64,000 nt of DNA from an uncultured Chloroflexia bacterium (lineage in GTDB: Bacteria; Chloroflexota; Limnocylindria; Limnocylindrales; CSP1-4). The first letter of the stretch is position 1, and each line of letters opens with the position of its first letter. Where the stretch lies: contig CAVQJC010000011.1 in assembly GCA_963712745.1 (NCBI GenBank), positions 1 to 64,000 on the forward strand, written 5' to 3'. The notes under the pieces were generated by a model. The model did not search any database. It saw only the letters and a program-made list of their open reading frames with translations, and was not told where the DNA came from. A program made the position numbers and the translations under genes. Shown one piece after another: positions 10,199 through 18,741 of this stretch.

Positions 10199-10992
10199 AT
10201 GACGTCCGTGCCCAGCCCACCTACCACCGCCTATCGCATGCCGTCGCTGCCGGCGGGTCGCAGCTCCCGCTGTCACGGCCGCCCAGATGGCCGAGGTCGA
10301 TCGCCTGGCGGTCGACGTCTTCGGCATCAGCCTGCTGCAGATGATGGAACAGGCCGGCTCGCACCTGGCCGAGGTCGCCGCAGTCCAACTCGACGGCGAG
10401 CTGCGTGGCCGGCGCGTACTGGTGGCCGTCGGTCCGGGCAACAACGGCGGAGGCGGCCTGGTGGCAGCGCGCCACCTCGTGAACCGCGGTGCGCTCGTGC
10501 GCGTGGTACTGGCTCGACCGGCGCGACGGCTCAGCGAGGCCGGTCGCCACCAGCTGGCCACGCTGCTGGAGATGGGCGTGTCGTGCTGCATGGCCGTCCA
10601 TGACATCAGCGACGACGAGATCGACGCAGGAGCTCGAAGCGGCCGATCTCGTCATCGACGCGGTGCTCGGCTACCGCGGCCGAGGTGCGCCGCACGACGA
10701 GGTGGCCACGCTCATCGACCGTATCCGCGCGGCCGAGGAGCGCATCCTGAGCCTGGACCTGCCCTCCGGCATGGACCCTGACACCGGTCTCGTGGCCGAG
10801 CCTGCCATCACCGCCCGCGCCACCATGACGCTGGCTCTGCCCAAGACCGGGCTGCTGACCAGCGAGGGCCACACGCGAGCGGGCACGCTCTATCTTGCCG
10901 ACATCGGGCTGCCCGCGGCAGTCTACGAGCGCATCGGCCTGAACGTGGACACTCCCTTCTCCGCGAACCCGATCGTGCGACTGGAGGCCTGA
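10199..10992 (+). CDS. nnrE: NAD(P)H-hydrate epimerase, YjeF N-terminal domain only (frameshifts near 10260 and 10625)
   Basis: QMMEQAG, GPGNNGGGGLVAARHL, VIDAVLGY, SLDLPSG, LYLADIG. Confidence 0.85.
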
Positions 10993-10993
10993 C

Positions 10994-11731
10994 ATGACCA
11001 TCGCCGGCTCGCAGGCTCGCTCGCTCCAGGAGAAGCTGGGGCTGCTGCGTGAGACCGACCTCTTCGCGGGCCTCTCCGATGACGACCTGTACGCCATCGG
11101 CCACGCCACGACCATGACCAAGTGCACGGCCGGACAGCGCATCATGTCGCCCGACGACCCGCCCGACCGCATCCACATCCTCAAGAAGGGCAAGGTGCGC
11201 GTCTACCGGGTCACTCCCGACGGCAAGCAGCTTACGCTCGACATCTATGACAAGGGCACGATCCTGGGCGACATGAGCCTGCTGGGCCAGGAGCCCCTCC
11301 CTGAAGCCTTCGCCGAAACGCTGGACGAGGCGGTCATCTGCACCATCTCGCCCGAGGAGATGCGCAAGCTCGTGGAGCGCTACCCGACCATCGGCGTGAA
11401 CATCATCAGCTACCTCTCGCGGCGCCTGCGCGATGCCGAATCGGAGCTCGAGTCGATGGCCTACCAGCGTGTCGGCCAGCGGCTCGCGCGCAAGCTCGTG
11501 GACCTCTCCAACCGCTTCGGCGTGACGACCTCGCGGGGCACGCTCATCGAGGCACGCCTGACGCAGCAGGAGCTGGCCGAGATGATCGGCACGACCCGCG
11601 AGACACTGGCGCACACCCTGGCCGACTTCCGCAGACGAGGGCTTCTCGACACCGACAAGCACCAGGTGCTCATCCGCGATGCCGAGCGCCTGATGGACAT
11701 CGCCGAGGGGTTCGAGGACCTCGACGCCTGA
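10994..11731 (+). CDS. Crp/Fnr-family transcriptional regulator
   Basis: cNMP-binding-type barrel plus LTQQELAEMIGTTRET HTH. Confidence 0.92.
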   Translation: MTIAGSQARSLQEKLGLLRETDLFAGLSDDDLYAIGHATTMTKCTAGQRIMSPDDPPDRIHILKKGKVRVYRVTPDGKQLTLDIYDKGTILGDMSLLGQEPLPEAFAETLDEAVICTISPEEMRKLVERYPTIGVNIISYLSRRLRDAESELESMAYQRVGQRLARKLVDLSNRFGVTTSRGTLIEARLTQQELAEMIGTTRETLAHTLADFRRRGLLDTDKHQVLIRDAERLMDIAEGFEDLDA

Positions 11732-11763
11732 CCCGAGGACTCTCGACGCCTGACCCGGGGAGC

Positions 11764-12468
11764 CTACGATTGACCGTCGCCGGCCGCCCAGTTGCCGGGC
11801 GTGGGTGTCCAGTCGTAGCGCTTGAATCGGAGGGGCCGGTTCCAGCCCTCGACCTCGTGATGGCGAAGGAAGCGACGCATCCCCCTCGCACCTCCGAAGT
11901 CGCCCGCGTACCACAACAGCAGCGATGGTACGAGCAGGGCGGGGCCGTCGCGTTCGACTTCCGCGGCCAGGTAGCCGCGCGTGGCCCGGTCGAGCTGCTC
12001 GTGGATGTGCTCGGTGCGATAGGCGGCGATGGGCGGGCATGAGGCTGCCCCGCAGTTCAGCGCGAAATGGATGCGCGGGTCGACCAGCCCCACCCGGTGC
12101 CGGCGCTCGAAGCGTCCCGGAACGGGGTTCGCGAGGTAGCCCAGGCCGAGCTTCCAGCGGGAGCGACGCAGGATGCCGTGCTCGATGGCATCGAGCGACA
12201 GCGCCCGACCCGCGACGGTGACCGCCGCTCGGCGGAAACGGCCTGCCCTCGCGAGTGCGGGGCCGCTCGTATCCACGGCTCCTCTCACCACGGCGCCGTT
12301 GTAGACGTCGATCCAGAAGGCCAGGCGTGCGGCGTCCGAGGCCAGGGCACGATGGAGGTCGGCCTCGTCCAGGTCCGCCAGCCGGCTTGCCCACGCCTGT
12401 GCGTCATCCCCATCTCGCCGAGCCGCCAGGAGGTACTGGACGGCGAGGTCACCCGGGGAGTCGTTCAT
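11764..12468 (-). CDS. DUF547 domain protein
   Basis: LAFWIDVYN, LSLDAIEHGILR, DPRIHFALNCGAASCP. Confidence 0.9.
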   Translation of the reverse strand: MNDSPGDLAVQYLLAARRDGDDAQAWASRLADLDEADLHRALASDAARLAFWIDVYNGAVVRGAVDTSGPALARAGRFRRAAVTVAGRALSLDAIEHGILRRSRWKLGLGYLANPVPGRFERRHRVGLVDPRIHFALNCGAASCPPIAAYRTEHIHEQLDRATRGYLAAEVERDGPALLVPSLLLWYAGDFGGARGMRRFLRHHEVEGWNRPLRFKRYDWTPTPGNWAAGDGQS

Positions 12469-13433
12469 GCGGACTCGGGCACGACGGCCGCGGCGACCAG
12501 GGCCAGCGTCGTGATCAGCCCGAGGCCGACCATGGCCGCCACGTTCGGCAGCGGCGAGCGCACACGCGTGTAGCTGCGGAGGCCCACGAGCAGGGCAGGC
12601 ACGACAAGCAGGCCGCTGAGCGCCAGGGGCATCGCCCCCGAGGCCGCGGAGAGCACGGTCGCGGCCACGAACCCGACCGAGGCAACGAGGTGGATGCGCC
12701 GCAGGGTGGGCGCGTCAAGTCGCACGCTCATGGTGAGCTTGCCGGTCGCGGCATCGACATCACGGTCCGGCCAGGCCGTGGCCAGGACGCTGGCCATGAC
12801 CACCAGTCCGAAGGGCAGGAACGCCGCCACGTCAAGGAGGTTCACACCACCGGCCACGAGGGCGACTCCGAAGAGCGGCAGCAGCAGCCCGCCGAGCAGC
12901 GCGTTGAGCGGCTCACCCCAACCGTGACGCATGGCTGCGATGGGCGGAAGCGAATAGGCCAGCCCGCCCGCCAGCCCTCCCAGCATGAGGGCGGCGGCTG
13001 GGGAGGGCAGGAGGCCCGTGGCCAGGCCGGCGATCGTCCCAGCCACCACCGTCACCGCCAGCGCCAGGCCCATGGCCAGTGGCACCTCCGGCCGCAGGGC
13101 GCTCGCGGCCAACGCCCCACTGCCACCGGAGAACGGGGTGCGCTCGGCGAGGAGGTCGGTCTCGTGGTCGGCCGACTCGTTGGCCAGGTGCACCGCGACG
13201 GCGGCTGCGATGACCAGCGCCACGCCCAGCAGCACCGCCAGCGGGTCGAGCGTGACCGCTGTAACCCGCGACGTGCCCAGCAGCACGCCGTTGGCGAGGA
13301 TCAGCAGGATCAGCGCGATCTGGCTCGGCCTCGTCATGGCGACGAGGGCGTGCAGCCGCCCCAGCGCGGGGACGGTGGTGGGCGTTTGGGGCGTGGCCGG
13401 AGCCAGGGTGGACCCGTCGCTGCTGGAGATCAT
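12465..13433 (-). CDS. UbiA/MenA-family prenyltransferase
   Basis: NESADHETD, TPFSGGS, YSLPP, WPDRDVDAATGKLT; multiple TM helices. Confidence 0.85.
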   Translation of the reverse strand: MISSSDGSTLAPATPQTPTTVPALGRLHALVAMTRPSQIALILLILANGVLLGTSRVTAVTLDPLAVLLGVALVIAAAVAVHLANESADHETDLLAERTPFSGGSGALAASALRPEVPLAMGLALAVTVVAGTIAGLATGLLPSPAAALMLGGLAGGLAYSLPPIAAMRHGWGEPLNALLGGLLLPLFGVALVAGGVNLLDVAAFLPFGLVVMASVLATAWPDRDVDAATGKLTMSVRLDAPTLRRIHLVASVGFVAATVLSAASGAMPLALSGLLVVPALLVGLRSYTRVRSPLPNVAAMVGLGLITTLALVAAAVVPESA

Positions 13434-13469
13434 GGGGGTGCTAGTGTCGTGGCTGGCCGATGACGCGGC

Positions 13470-13485
13470 TGTGACGCTCCACACC
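13470..13485. promoter_or_regulatory. Second Crp-type site
   Basis: TGTGA-CGCTCC-ACACC about 44 nt upstream of the prenyltransferase ATG. Confidence 0.5.
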
Positions 13486-13581
13486 GCGCGGACCGCGCGG
13501 ACAGTACCCACGGCACTAGGCACGACACGGCGAGGGCGCCATCGTCCATGACGCACGTTGTCGAGAATGGAGTTGCATCTG

Positions 13582-14082
13582 ATGAAGGTCCTTGTGGCCG
13601 TGGCCTCCAAGCACGGCGCCACCATGGAGATCGGCCAGGTCATCGAGGCCTCGATCCGCTCGAGCGGTCTGGATGTGGATCTCAAGCGCATCGAGGACGT
13701 CTCCAACCTCGGGGCCTACGATGCCCTCGTCATCGGCAGCGGTGTCTACGCCGGTCACTGGATGCGCCCGGCACGCGAGTTCGTCGAGGTCCACGAGGGG
13801 GAGCTGAGCCGGAAGCCGGTGTGGCTCTTCTCCAGTGGTCCGGTGGGCGATCCGCCCAAGCCGCTCGAGAACCCGGCCGAGGTCGCGGGAGTGGTCAAGC
13901 GCATCGGCGCTCGTGGCCATCGCCTCTTCGCCGGTCGCATCGAGGGCTCCGACCTGGGTCTCAGTGAGAAGGCCCTGGTGGCCCTGGTGCGAGCGCCCGA
14001 TGGCGACTTCCGGCCGTGGTCGGAGATCGCCACCTGGGCTGAGTCCATCGCTGCCCAGCTGCAGGAGGCGCCCGCGTCGTGA
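13582..14082 (+). CDS. HemG-like flavodoxin domain protein
   Basis: VASKHGATMEI, IGSGVYAGHW, WLFSSGP, GDFRPW. Confidence 0.87.
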   Translation: MKVLVAVASKHGATMEIGQVIEASIRSSGLDVDLKRIEDVSNLGAYDALVIGSGVYAGHWMRPAREFVEVHEGELSRKPVWLFSSGPVGDPPKPLENPAEVAGVVKRIGARGHRLFAGRIEGSDLGLSEKALVALVRAPDGDFRPWSEIATWAESIAAQLQEAPAS

Positions 14083-14798
14083 GCCTGACCCTCGACGAGG
14101 CCATGGAGGCGCTCGAGGCGGCAGGTTCCGTGCAGACCCGCAAGACCTATCTGCGACACGGCGCAGCGGAGCCGCTCTTCGGTGTGAAGTTCGGAGACCT
14201 GCGACCTCTGGCCAAGCGGATCGGGACCGACCATGCGCTCGCGGAGCAGCTGTGGGCCAGCGGCAACGCCGATGCCCGCCTGCTGGCCTGCATGGTCGCC
14301 GACCCGGCAGCGCTCTCGGAGGACGAGCTCGATGCCTGGCTGGACGACATCGACACGTACTTCCTGGTCGACATCTTCGTGGCCGAGGTCGCGTCGAAGG
14401 CGCCCGCTCGTCGAGCGCGTGCCGAGCGCTGGATCGCTTCCGACCGCGACCGCAGCGCCCAGGCCGGCTGGGACCTCATGAACCTGGTTGCGCTGGGCGA
14501 CGAGGATGTGGCCGACGACTACCTCGAGGCGCAGCTGGACCTCATCGCCGAGCGCATCGAGGGCTACGGCAACTGGACCCGCCGCTCGGCCAGCAACACC
14601 ATCACCGGCATCGGCCTGCGCAACGACGCGCTGGAGGTTGCTGCCCGGCGCACGGCCAAGTCGATCGGTCCCGTCGAGTTCGACCCCGGCCAGACCTCGT
14701 GCGTCATGCCCGATCCCATCGAGTACCTCGAGAAGACGAAGGCATACCGGGCGAAACAGGCCCAGAAGCGCGGGGCCAGGCCGAAGCCGAGCGAGTAG
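14079..14798 (+). CDS. DNA alkylation repair protein (AlkD-like)
   Basis: FGVKFGDLRPLAKRI..DHALAEQLWASGNADARLLA; GPVEFDPGQTSC. Confidence 0.8.
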   Translation: MSLTLDEAMEALEAAGSVQTRKTYLRHGAAEPLFGVKFGDLRPLAKRIGTDHALAEQLWASGNADARLLACMVADPAALSEDELDAWLDDIDTYFLVDIFVAEVASKAPARRARAERWIASDRDRSAQAGWDLMNLVALGDEDVADDYLEAQLDLIAERIEGYGNWTRRSASNTITGIGLRNDALEVAARRTAKSIGPVEFDPGQTSCVMPDPIEYLEKTKAYRAKQAQKRGARPKPSE

Positions 14799-14901
14799 GT
14801 CCTCGGCGACGAGCAGGTGGGTCCTCGGCGACGAGCACATGGGTTCCGATGGTGCGACGGGCCCAGGGTCCGAATGGTGCGCGGGCGCCCGGCCCGCCCG
14901 G

Positions 14902-15342
14902 CTACGCTGACTCGAGGGCCTTGATCTTCTCCACGCGTGCGACGTGCCGTCCACCTTCGAAGGAGGCCCCAAGGAAGGCCTCGACGCAGCCGATGGCGAC
15001 CTGCTCGCCCACGATGCGCGCGCCCATCGAGAGCATGTTGGCGTCGTTGTGCTGGCGCGAGAGGGCAGCGGTCACAGGCTCGGTGGCCTGGCAGCAGCGG
15101 ATGCCCTTGATCTTGTTGGCCACGATCTGCTCGCCGGTACCGCTGCCTCCGAAGACGAAGCCGAAGCGGCAGTCGCCGGAGGCCACCGCCCGGGCCGCCG
15201 GAGCCACGTAATCGGGATAGTCGACGCGGTCCGGCGTCGTGACGCCGAAATCGACGACCTCGTAGCCGTGCTCGGCCAGCCATGCCACTATGTGCTGCTT
15301 GAGTGGCAGTCCTGCGTGGTCGGTGCCGACAGCGATGCGCAT
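14902..15342 (-). CDS. rpiB: Ribose-5-phosphate isomerase B
   Basis: DHAG, DYPD, GGSGTGEQIVANK, RQHNDAN, GGRH. Confidence 0.93.
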   Translation of the reverse strand: MRIAVGTDHAGLPLKQHIVAWLAEHGYEVVDFGVTTPDRVDYPDYVAPAARAVASGDCRFGFVFGGSGTGEQIVANKIKGIRCCQATEPVTAALSRQHNDANMLSMGARIVGEQVAIGCVEAFLGASFEGGRHVARVEKIKALESA

Positions 15343-16085
15343 CAGACCTCTTCCGCCTGGGCCCCATTGGCCTCGCCGCGGCGATGGGACTCGGTGATGA
15401 GATCCACGATCTGCTCGATGTCGTCACACACCTGGAAGAGGTCCAGGTCGGCCGCCGAGACATTGCCCGCCGGCACGACCGTGGAGCGCAGCCATTCCAG
15501 CAGCCCTGACCAGTACCAGCTGCCGAAGAGGATGATGGGGAAGTGGTCGATCTTGCCGGTCTGCACCAGCGTCATTGACTCGAAGAGTTCGTCGAACGTC
15601 CCGAAGCCACCGGGGAAGATGACGAAGGCCTGTGCGTACTTCACGAACATCGTCTTGCGTACGAAGAAGTAGCGGAAGTACTGCGGCAGCGTCACGTACG
15701 GGTTGAGCCCGGTCTCTCGAGGCAGGTCGATGGCCAGGCCGACCGATACGCCGTCGGCATCCATGGCGCCCTTGTTGGCGGCGGTCATGATGCCCGGGCC
15801 ACCGCCGGTGATGATGGTGAAGCCGGTCTCAGCCAGCCGATACGCGAGCAGGCGAGCGTGCTCGTACATGGGATCGTCCGGCTTGGTCCGCGCTGAACCG
15901 AAGATGCTCACCGCGGGGCCCAGGCGGGCCAGGGCGTCGAAGCCCTCGATGAACTCGCCCATGATGCGCAGTGCTCGCCATGCGTCGGAGTCGAGGAACG
16001 AGGTGTCCGCGACCGGCTGCTGGGTGAGCAACTTGTGATCGGCGGTGGTGCGGGCGTTGTGGGGGAGCTTGGGTCGGTCAGTCAC
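15342..16085 (-). CDS. LOG-family (TIGR00730) protein
   Basis: SIFGSAR, TGGGPGIM, YFFVRKTMF, PGGFGTFDE. Confidence 0.92.
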   Translation of the reverse strand: MTDRPKLPHNARTTADHKLLTQQPVADTSFLDSDAWRALRIMGEFIEGFDALARLGPAVSIFGSARTKPDDPMYEHARLLAYRLAETGFTIITGGGPGIMTAANKGAMDADGVSVGLAIDLPRETGLNPYVTLPQYFRYFFVRKTMFVKYAQAFVIFPGGFGTFDELFESMTLVQTGKIDHFPIILFGSWYWSGLLEWLRSTVVPAGNVSAADLDLFQVCDDIEQIVDLITESHRRGEANGAQAEEV

Positions 16086-16138
16086 GTCCGCAGGATACGC
16101 GGGCGGGCCGATGCGCGCGGCCGTCGTATCCTGCACGC

Positions 16139-16336
16139 ATGAACGAGCACACCATCCCCGCCGGCGCCGACGTCGCCACCGACCCGGTCTGCGGCATGCA
16201 GGTCGTCAAGGACGGCGCCCAGCACACCAGTGAGTACCAGGACACGACCTACTACTTCTGCGCCAAGGGCTGCAAGCTGGACTTCGAGGACGATCCCGAG
16301 CGCATCCTCGCGCCCGACTACGAGCCCCACATGTAG
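16139..16336 (+). CDS. YHS domain protein
   Basis: DPVCGM..YYFCAKGC. Confidence 0.9.
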   Translation: MNEHTIPAGADVATDPVCGMQVVKDGAQHTSEYQDTTYYFCAKGCKLDFEDDPERILAPDYEPHM

Positions 16337-16519
16337 GTCGCTGCAAGCCCCACACGCAAGTCGCTGCGGATAAGTGTGGTCCGAGGGCGATATCCCCCTA
16401 GCGCAGCGGGTGTGCGGTCGCTATAGTCTGCAGCGGTAATCTCAGGAACGCTCTTCGTGGTCCCGTATCTCGCTCGAACGTCCCTGGTCAAAGTAGGAAC
16501 CTAGGAGGTTCGTTCGTTC

Positions 16520-16912
16520 GTGTACGAGGACAGGACTATCACCTGTGCCGATTGCGGTCAGGAGTTCACCTTCACCGCATCCGAGCAGGCGTTCTATGCC
16601 GAGAAGGGCTTCACCGACGCGCCCAAGCGTTGCAAGACTTGTCGGCAGGCACGCAAGGCCCAGCGCAACAGCGGTGGGTACGGTGATGACAGCTACAGCA
16701 GCGGTGGTGGCGGCGGCTACAGCAGCGGTGGTGGCGGCTACAGCAGCGGTGGTGGCGGCTACAGCAGCGGTGGTGGCGGCGGCTACGATCGCCCTCCGCG
16801 CCAGCTCTATGACGCGACCTGCGCCGACTGCGGCAAGACCGCCCAGGTGCCATTCCAGCCGACCGGCAGCCGCCCGGTCTACTGCAACGACTGCTTCCGC
16901 GCTCGCCGCTAG
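16520..16912 (+). CDS. Zinc-ribbon plus CxxC-x17-CxxC protein with Gly-rich linker
   Basis: CADC..FTFTASEQAFY..PKRCKTC; CADC..VPFQP..PVYCNDC; SD AGGAGG. Confidence 0.92.
   Translation: MYEDRTITCADCGQEFTFTASEQAFYAEKGFTDAPKRCKTCRQARKAQRNSGGYGDDSYSSGGGGGYSSGGGGYSSGGGGYSSGGGGGYDRPPRQLYDATCADCGKTAQVPFQPTGSRPVYCNDCFRARR
16692..16787 (+). repeat. Coding tandem repeat (YSSGGGG)x4
   Basis: GCTACAGCAGCGGTGGTGGCG units of 21-24 nt. Confidence 0.9.
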
Positions 16913-16953
16913 GTGACCGTAGCGGCCACGGGCCGCCGGAAGCGATGCCTGTG

Positions 16954-16983
16954 AGGCGCCTTCTTCGGAGGGCGCCTTTCTCT
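16954..16983 (+). terminator. Intrinsic terminator
   Basis: AGGCGCCTTC-TTCG-GAGGGCGCCT followed by TTCTCT. Confidence 0.75.
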
Positions 16984-17130
16984 GTGTGTCCGGACCGACC
17001 CCGCGGCCCTCGCGAGGTTGTCCACACCCGCATAAGCGCGAGCGAAGTCCGTGTCGAGTGCCCCGTAAGCGCCCGTCCCTAGTGTCGTGCCATCGACCCG
17101 TCAGAAGCACCTACGCGAAGGGATGGAGAA

Positions 17131-17307
17131 ATGGAGCACGGCACGACGATCCTCGACCACATCAACGCTGCGTTGGCGCGTTCCAGCCAGCTACTGCTGC
17201 TCATCGCCCTGGCGGTCCTGGCCATCAGCCTCCTCGGTATCGTCGTCGCCGTGGAGTCGCTGGCCCCGGCCGTCGAGCCGATCTTGACGGCACCGATCCG
17301 CTGGTGA
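17131..17307 (+). CDS. Small membrane protein, 58 aa (not in ORF track)
   Basis: MEHGTTILDHINAALARSSQLLLLIALAVLAISLLGIVVAVESLAPAVEPILTAPIRW; purine-rich SD-like sequence upstream; one TM helix. Confidence 0.6.
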   Translation: MEHGTTILDHINAALARSSQLLLLIALAVLAISLLGIVVAVESLAPAVEPILTAPIRW

Positions 17308-17438
17308 GGCGGCAGCCCGGACCCGTGGCGCCGATCTGGTTGTGAACGGAGCGGGCTGCGCATGGAGGTGCAGCCCGCCTTCTTCGGGTCTTGCTCGACG
17401 CAGCGGTGGCTCTGTCCAGCGCGTCGGCCGGGGGCCTA

Positions 17439-17552
17439 TCAGCCTCGCAGCACGAGGGCCACGATGATGATGCCGACGGCTACCACCAACGCCGCCACCA
17501 CGGCCGAACGGGAGGTGATGGCAGCGGTCTTGGGCTCGTGCTCGGGCGGCAT
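17439..17552 (-). CDS. Small membrane protein, 37 aa (not in ORF track)
   Basis: MPPEHEPKTAAITSRSAVVAALVVAVGIIIVALVLRG; TACGGT 6 nt upstream of ATG. Confidence 0.5.
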   Translation of the reverse strand: MPPEHEPKTAAITSRSAVVAALVVAVGIIIVALVLRG

Positions 17553-17622
17553 GGAAGGACCGTACTCCGCCGGCGAGGATCACGCCGCGGCCGATCGCGG
17601 CGACCTCCGCTAGGCTGCGTCC

Positions 17623-18156
17623 GTGCAACAGGCCCCCATCTCCCGAGCGCCAGTCGTGGTGGTCGTCGTCTTCGCCGTGGTCGCGACCGCGCTCATCTTC
17701 ATCGGCATGCAACGGCCCGGCGAGGCCCCGCCAGACGTGGAGATCACGCGTGCGGGCACCGCCGACCAGCCTCGTGACGTGACCGTCATCATGCGCGACT
17801 ACCGTTTCGACCCCACGCCCGTGGTGCTCGTGCCCGGCGAGACCGTGCGCTTCACCGTCTTCAACGCCGGCCTCGAGGTCCACGACCTCGTCATCGGCGA
17901 TGCCGATGTGCAGCTGGCCTGGCACGCGGCCGACGCCGCCGCCACACCTCCCAACATCCTGGCCACCGCGCCACCCGCAAGCGTGGCTCCGGGGACGGAT
18001 GGCCTGCGCGTGTTCCTGCGTTCGGGCGAGCAGGCCAGCGTCGACTACAGCGTGCCCGACGACGAGCAGCTCCAGCTCCTCTGCCATATCCCCGGCCACA
18101 TCGAGAAGGGCATGATCGGGCGCGTGGATCTGCGTGACGTCACCATCAGCGCCTAG
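17623..18156 (+). CDS. Membrane-anchored cupredoxin (blue copper) protein
   Basis: N-terminal TM; HDLVIG..CHIPGHIEKGM type-1 Cu ligands. Confidence 0.85.
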   Translation: MQQAPISRAPVVVVVVFAVVATALIFIGMQRPGEAPPDVEITRAGTADQPRDVTVIMRDYRFDPTPVVLVPGETVRFTVFNAGLEVHDLVIGDADVQLAWHAADAAATPPNILATAPPASVAPGTDGLRVFLRSGEQASVDYSVPDDEQLQLLCHIPGHIEKGMIGRVDLRDVTISA

Positions 18157-18360
18157 CCGGTCGGCGCGGCGAGCAGCGCGAAAGCAGCGGCCAGGCTCCT
18201 GGGTCCGAGACACACGCGCCGAATCAGGGACATAGCGCACGTCGGCAGCGGTACATAACGCACACACGCTCTCGATGGGCCAGAGTAGGATGGAGTCACT
18301 GCTCACGAGATCAAACCCGGGCTTGGCCCGTTGGCAAAGACAGGAGTGAAGGAGCCCTCA

Positions 18361-18648
18361 ATGACATACGTCATCGCCGAGCCGTGCGTGGATGTGATGG
18401 ACCAGGCCTGCGTGGCCGTCTGCCCCGTGGACTGCATCCACTTCGAGGAGGGCGTGGACCGCACCCTGTACATCGATCCTGACGAGTGCATCGACTGTGG
18501 TGCCTGCGAGCCCGAATGTCCGGTCGCGGCAATCTTCCCCGAGGACTCCGTGCCCGCCGACCAGGCCAAGTACACCGAGCTCAATGCGCTGTGGTTCTCC
18601 GACAAGGACGCCGCGCGCGCCATACTCAGCGAGCTCAAGCCGGCCTGA
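18361..18648 (+). CDS. fdxA: Ferredoxin (FdxA-like 7Fe type)
   Basis: [31 protein letters not shown]. Confidence 0.92.
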   Translation: MTYVIAEPCVDVMDQACVAVCPVDCIHFEEGVDRTLYIDPDECIDCGACEPECPVAAIFPEDSVPADQAKYTELNALWFSDKDAARAILSELKPA

Positions 18649-18686
18649 TTCTCCGCCCGGCTTTCCCGGGCGCGTCACGGAGCGCG

Positions 18687-18713
18687 AAGCCCCGCGTCAT
18701 CGGCGCGGGGCTT
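18687..18713. terminator. Hairpin between convergent genes
   Basis: AAGCCCCGCG..CGCGGGGCTT. Confidence 0.65.
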
Positions 18714-18741
18714 GCCCATGCCCGGCGCGCTGCGGGCCACT

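Noticed and set aside
17018-17026. DnaA box / oriC (TTGTCCACA)
   Set aside because: Single box, no AT-rich unwinding element and no dnaA/dnaN nearby
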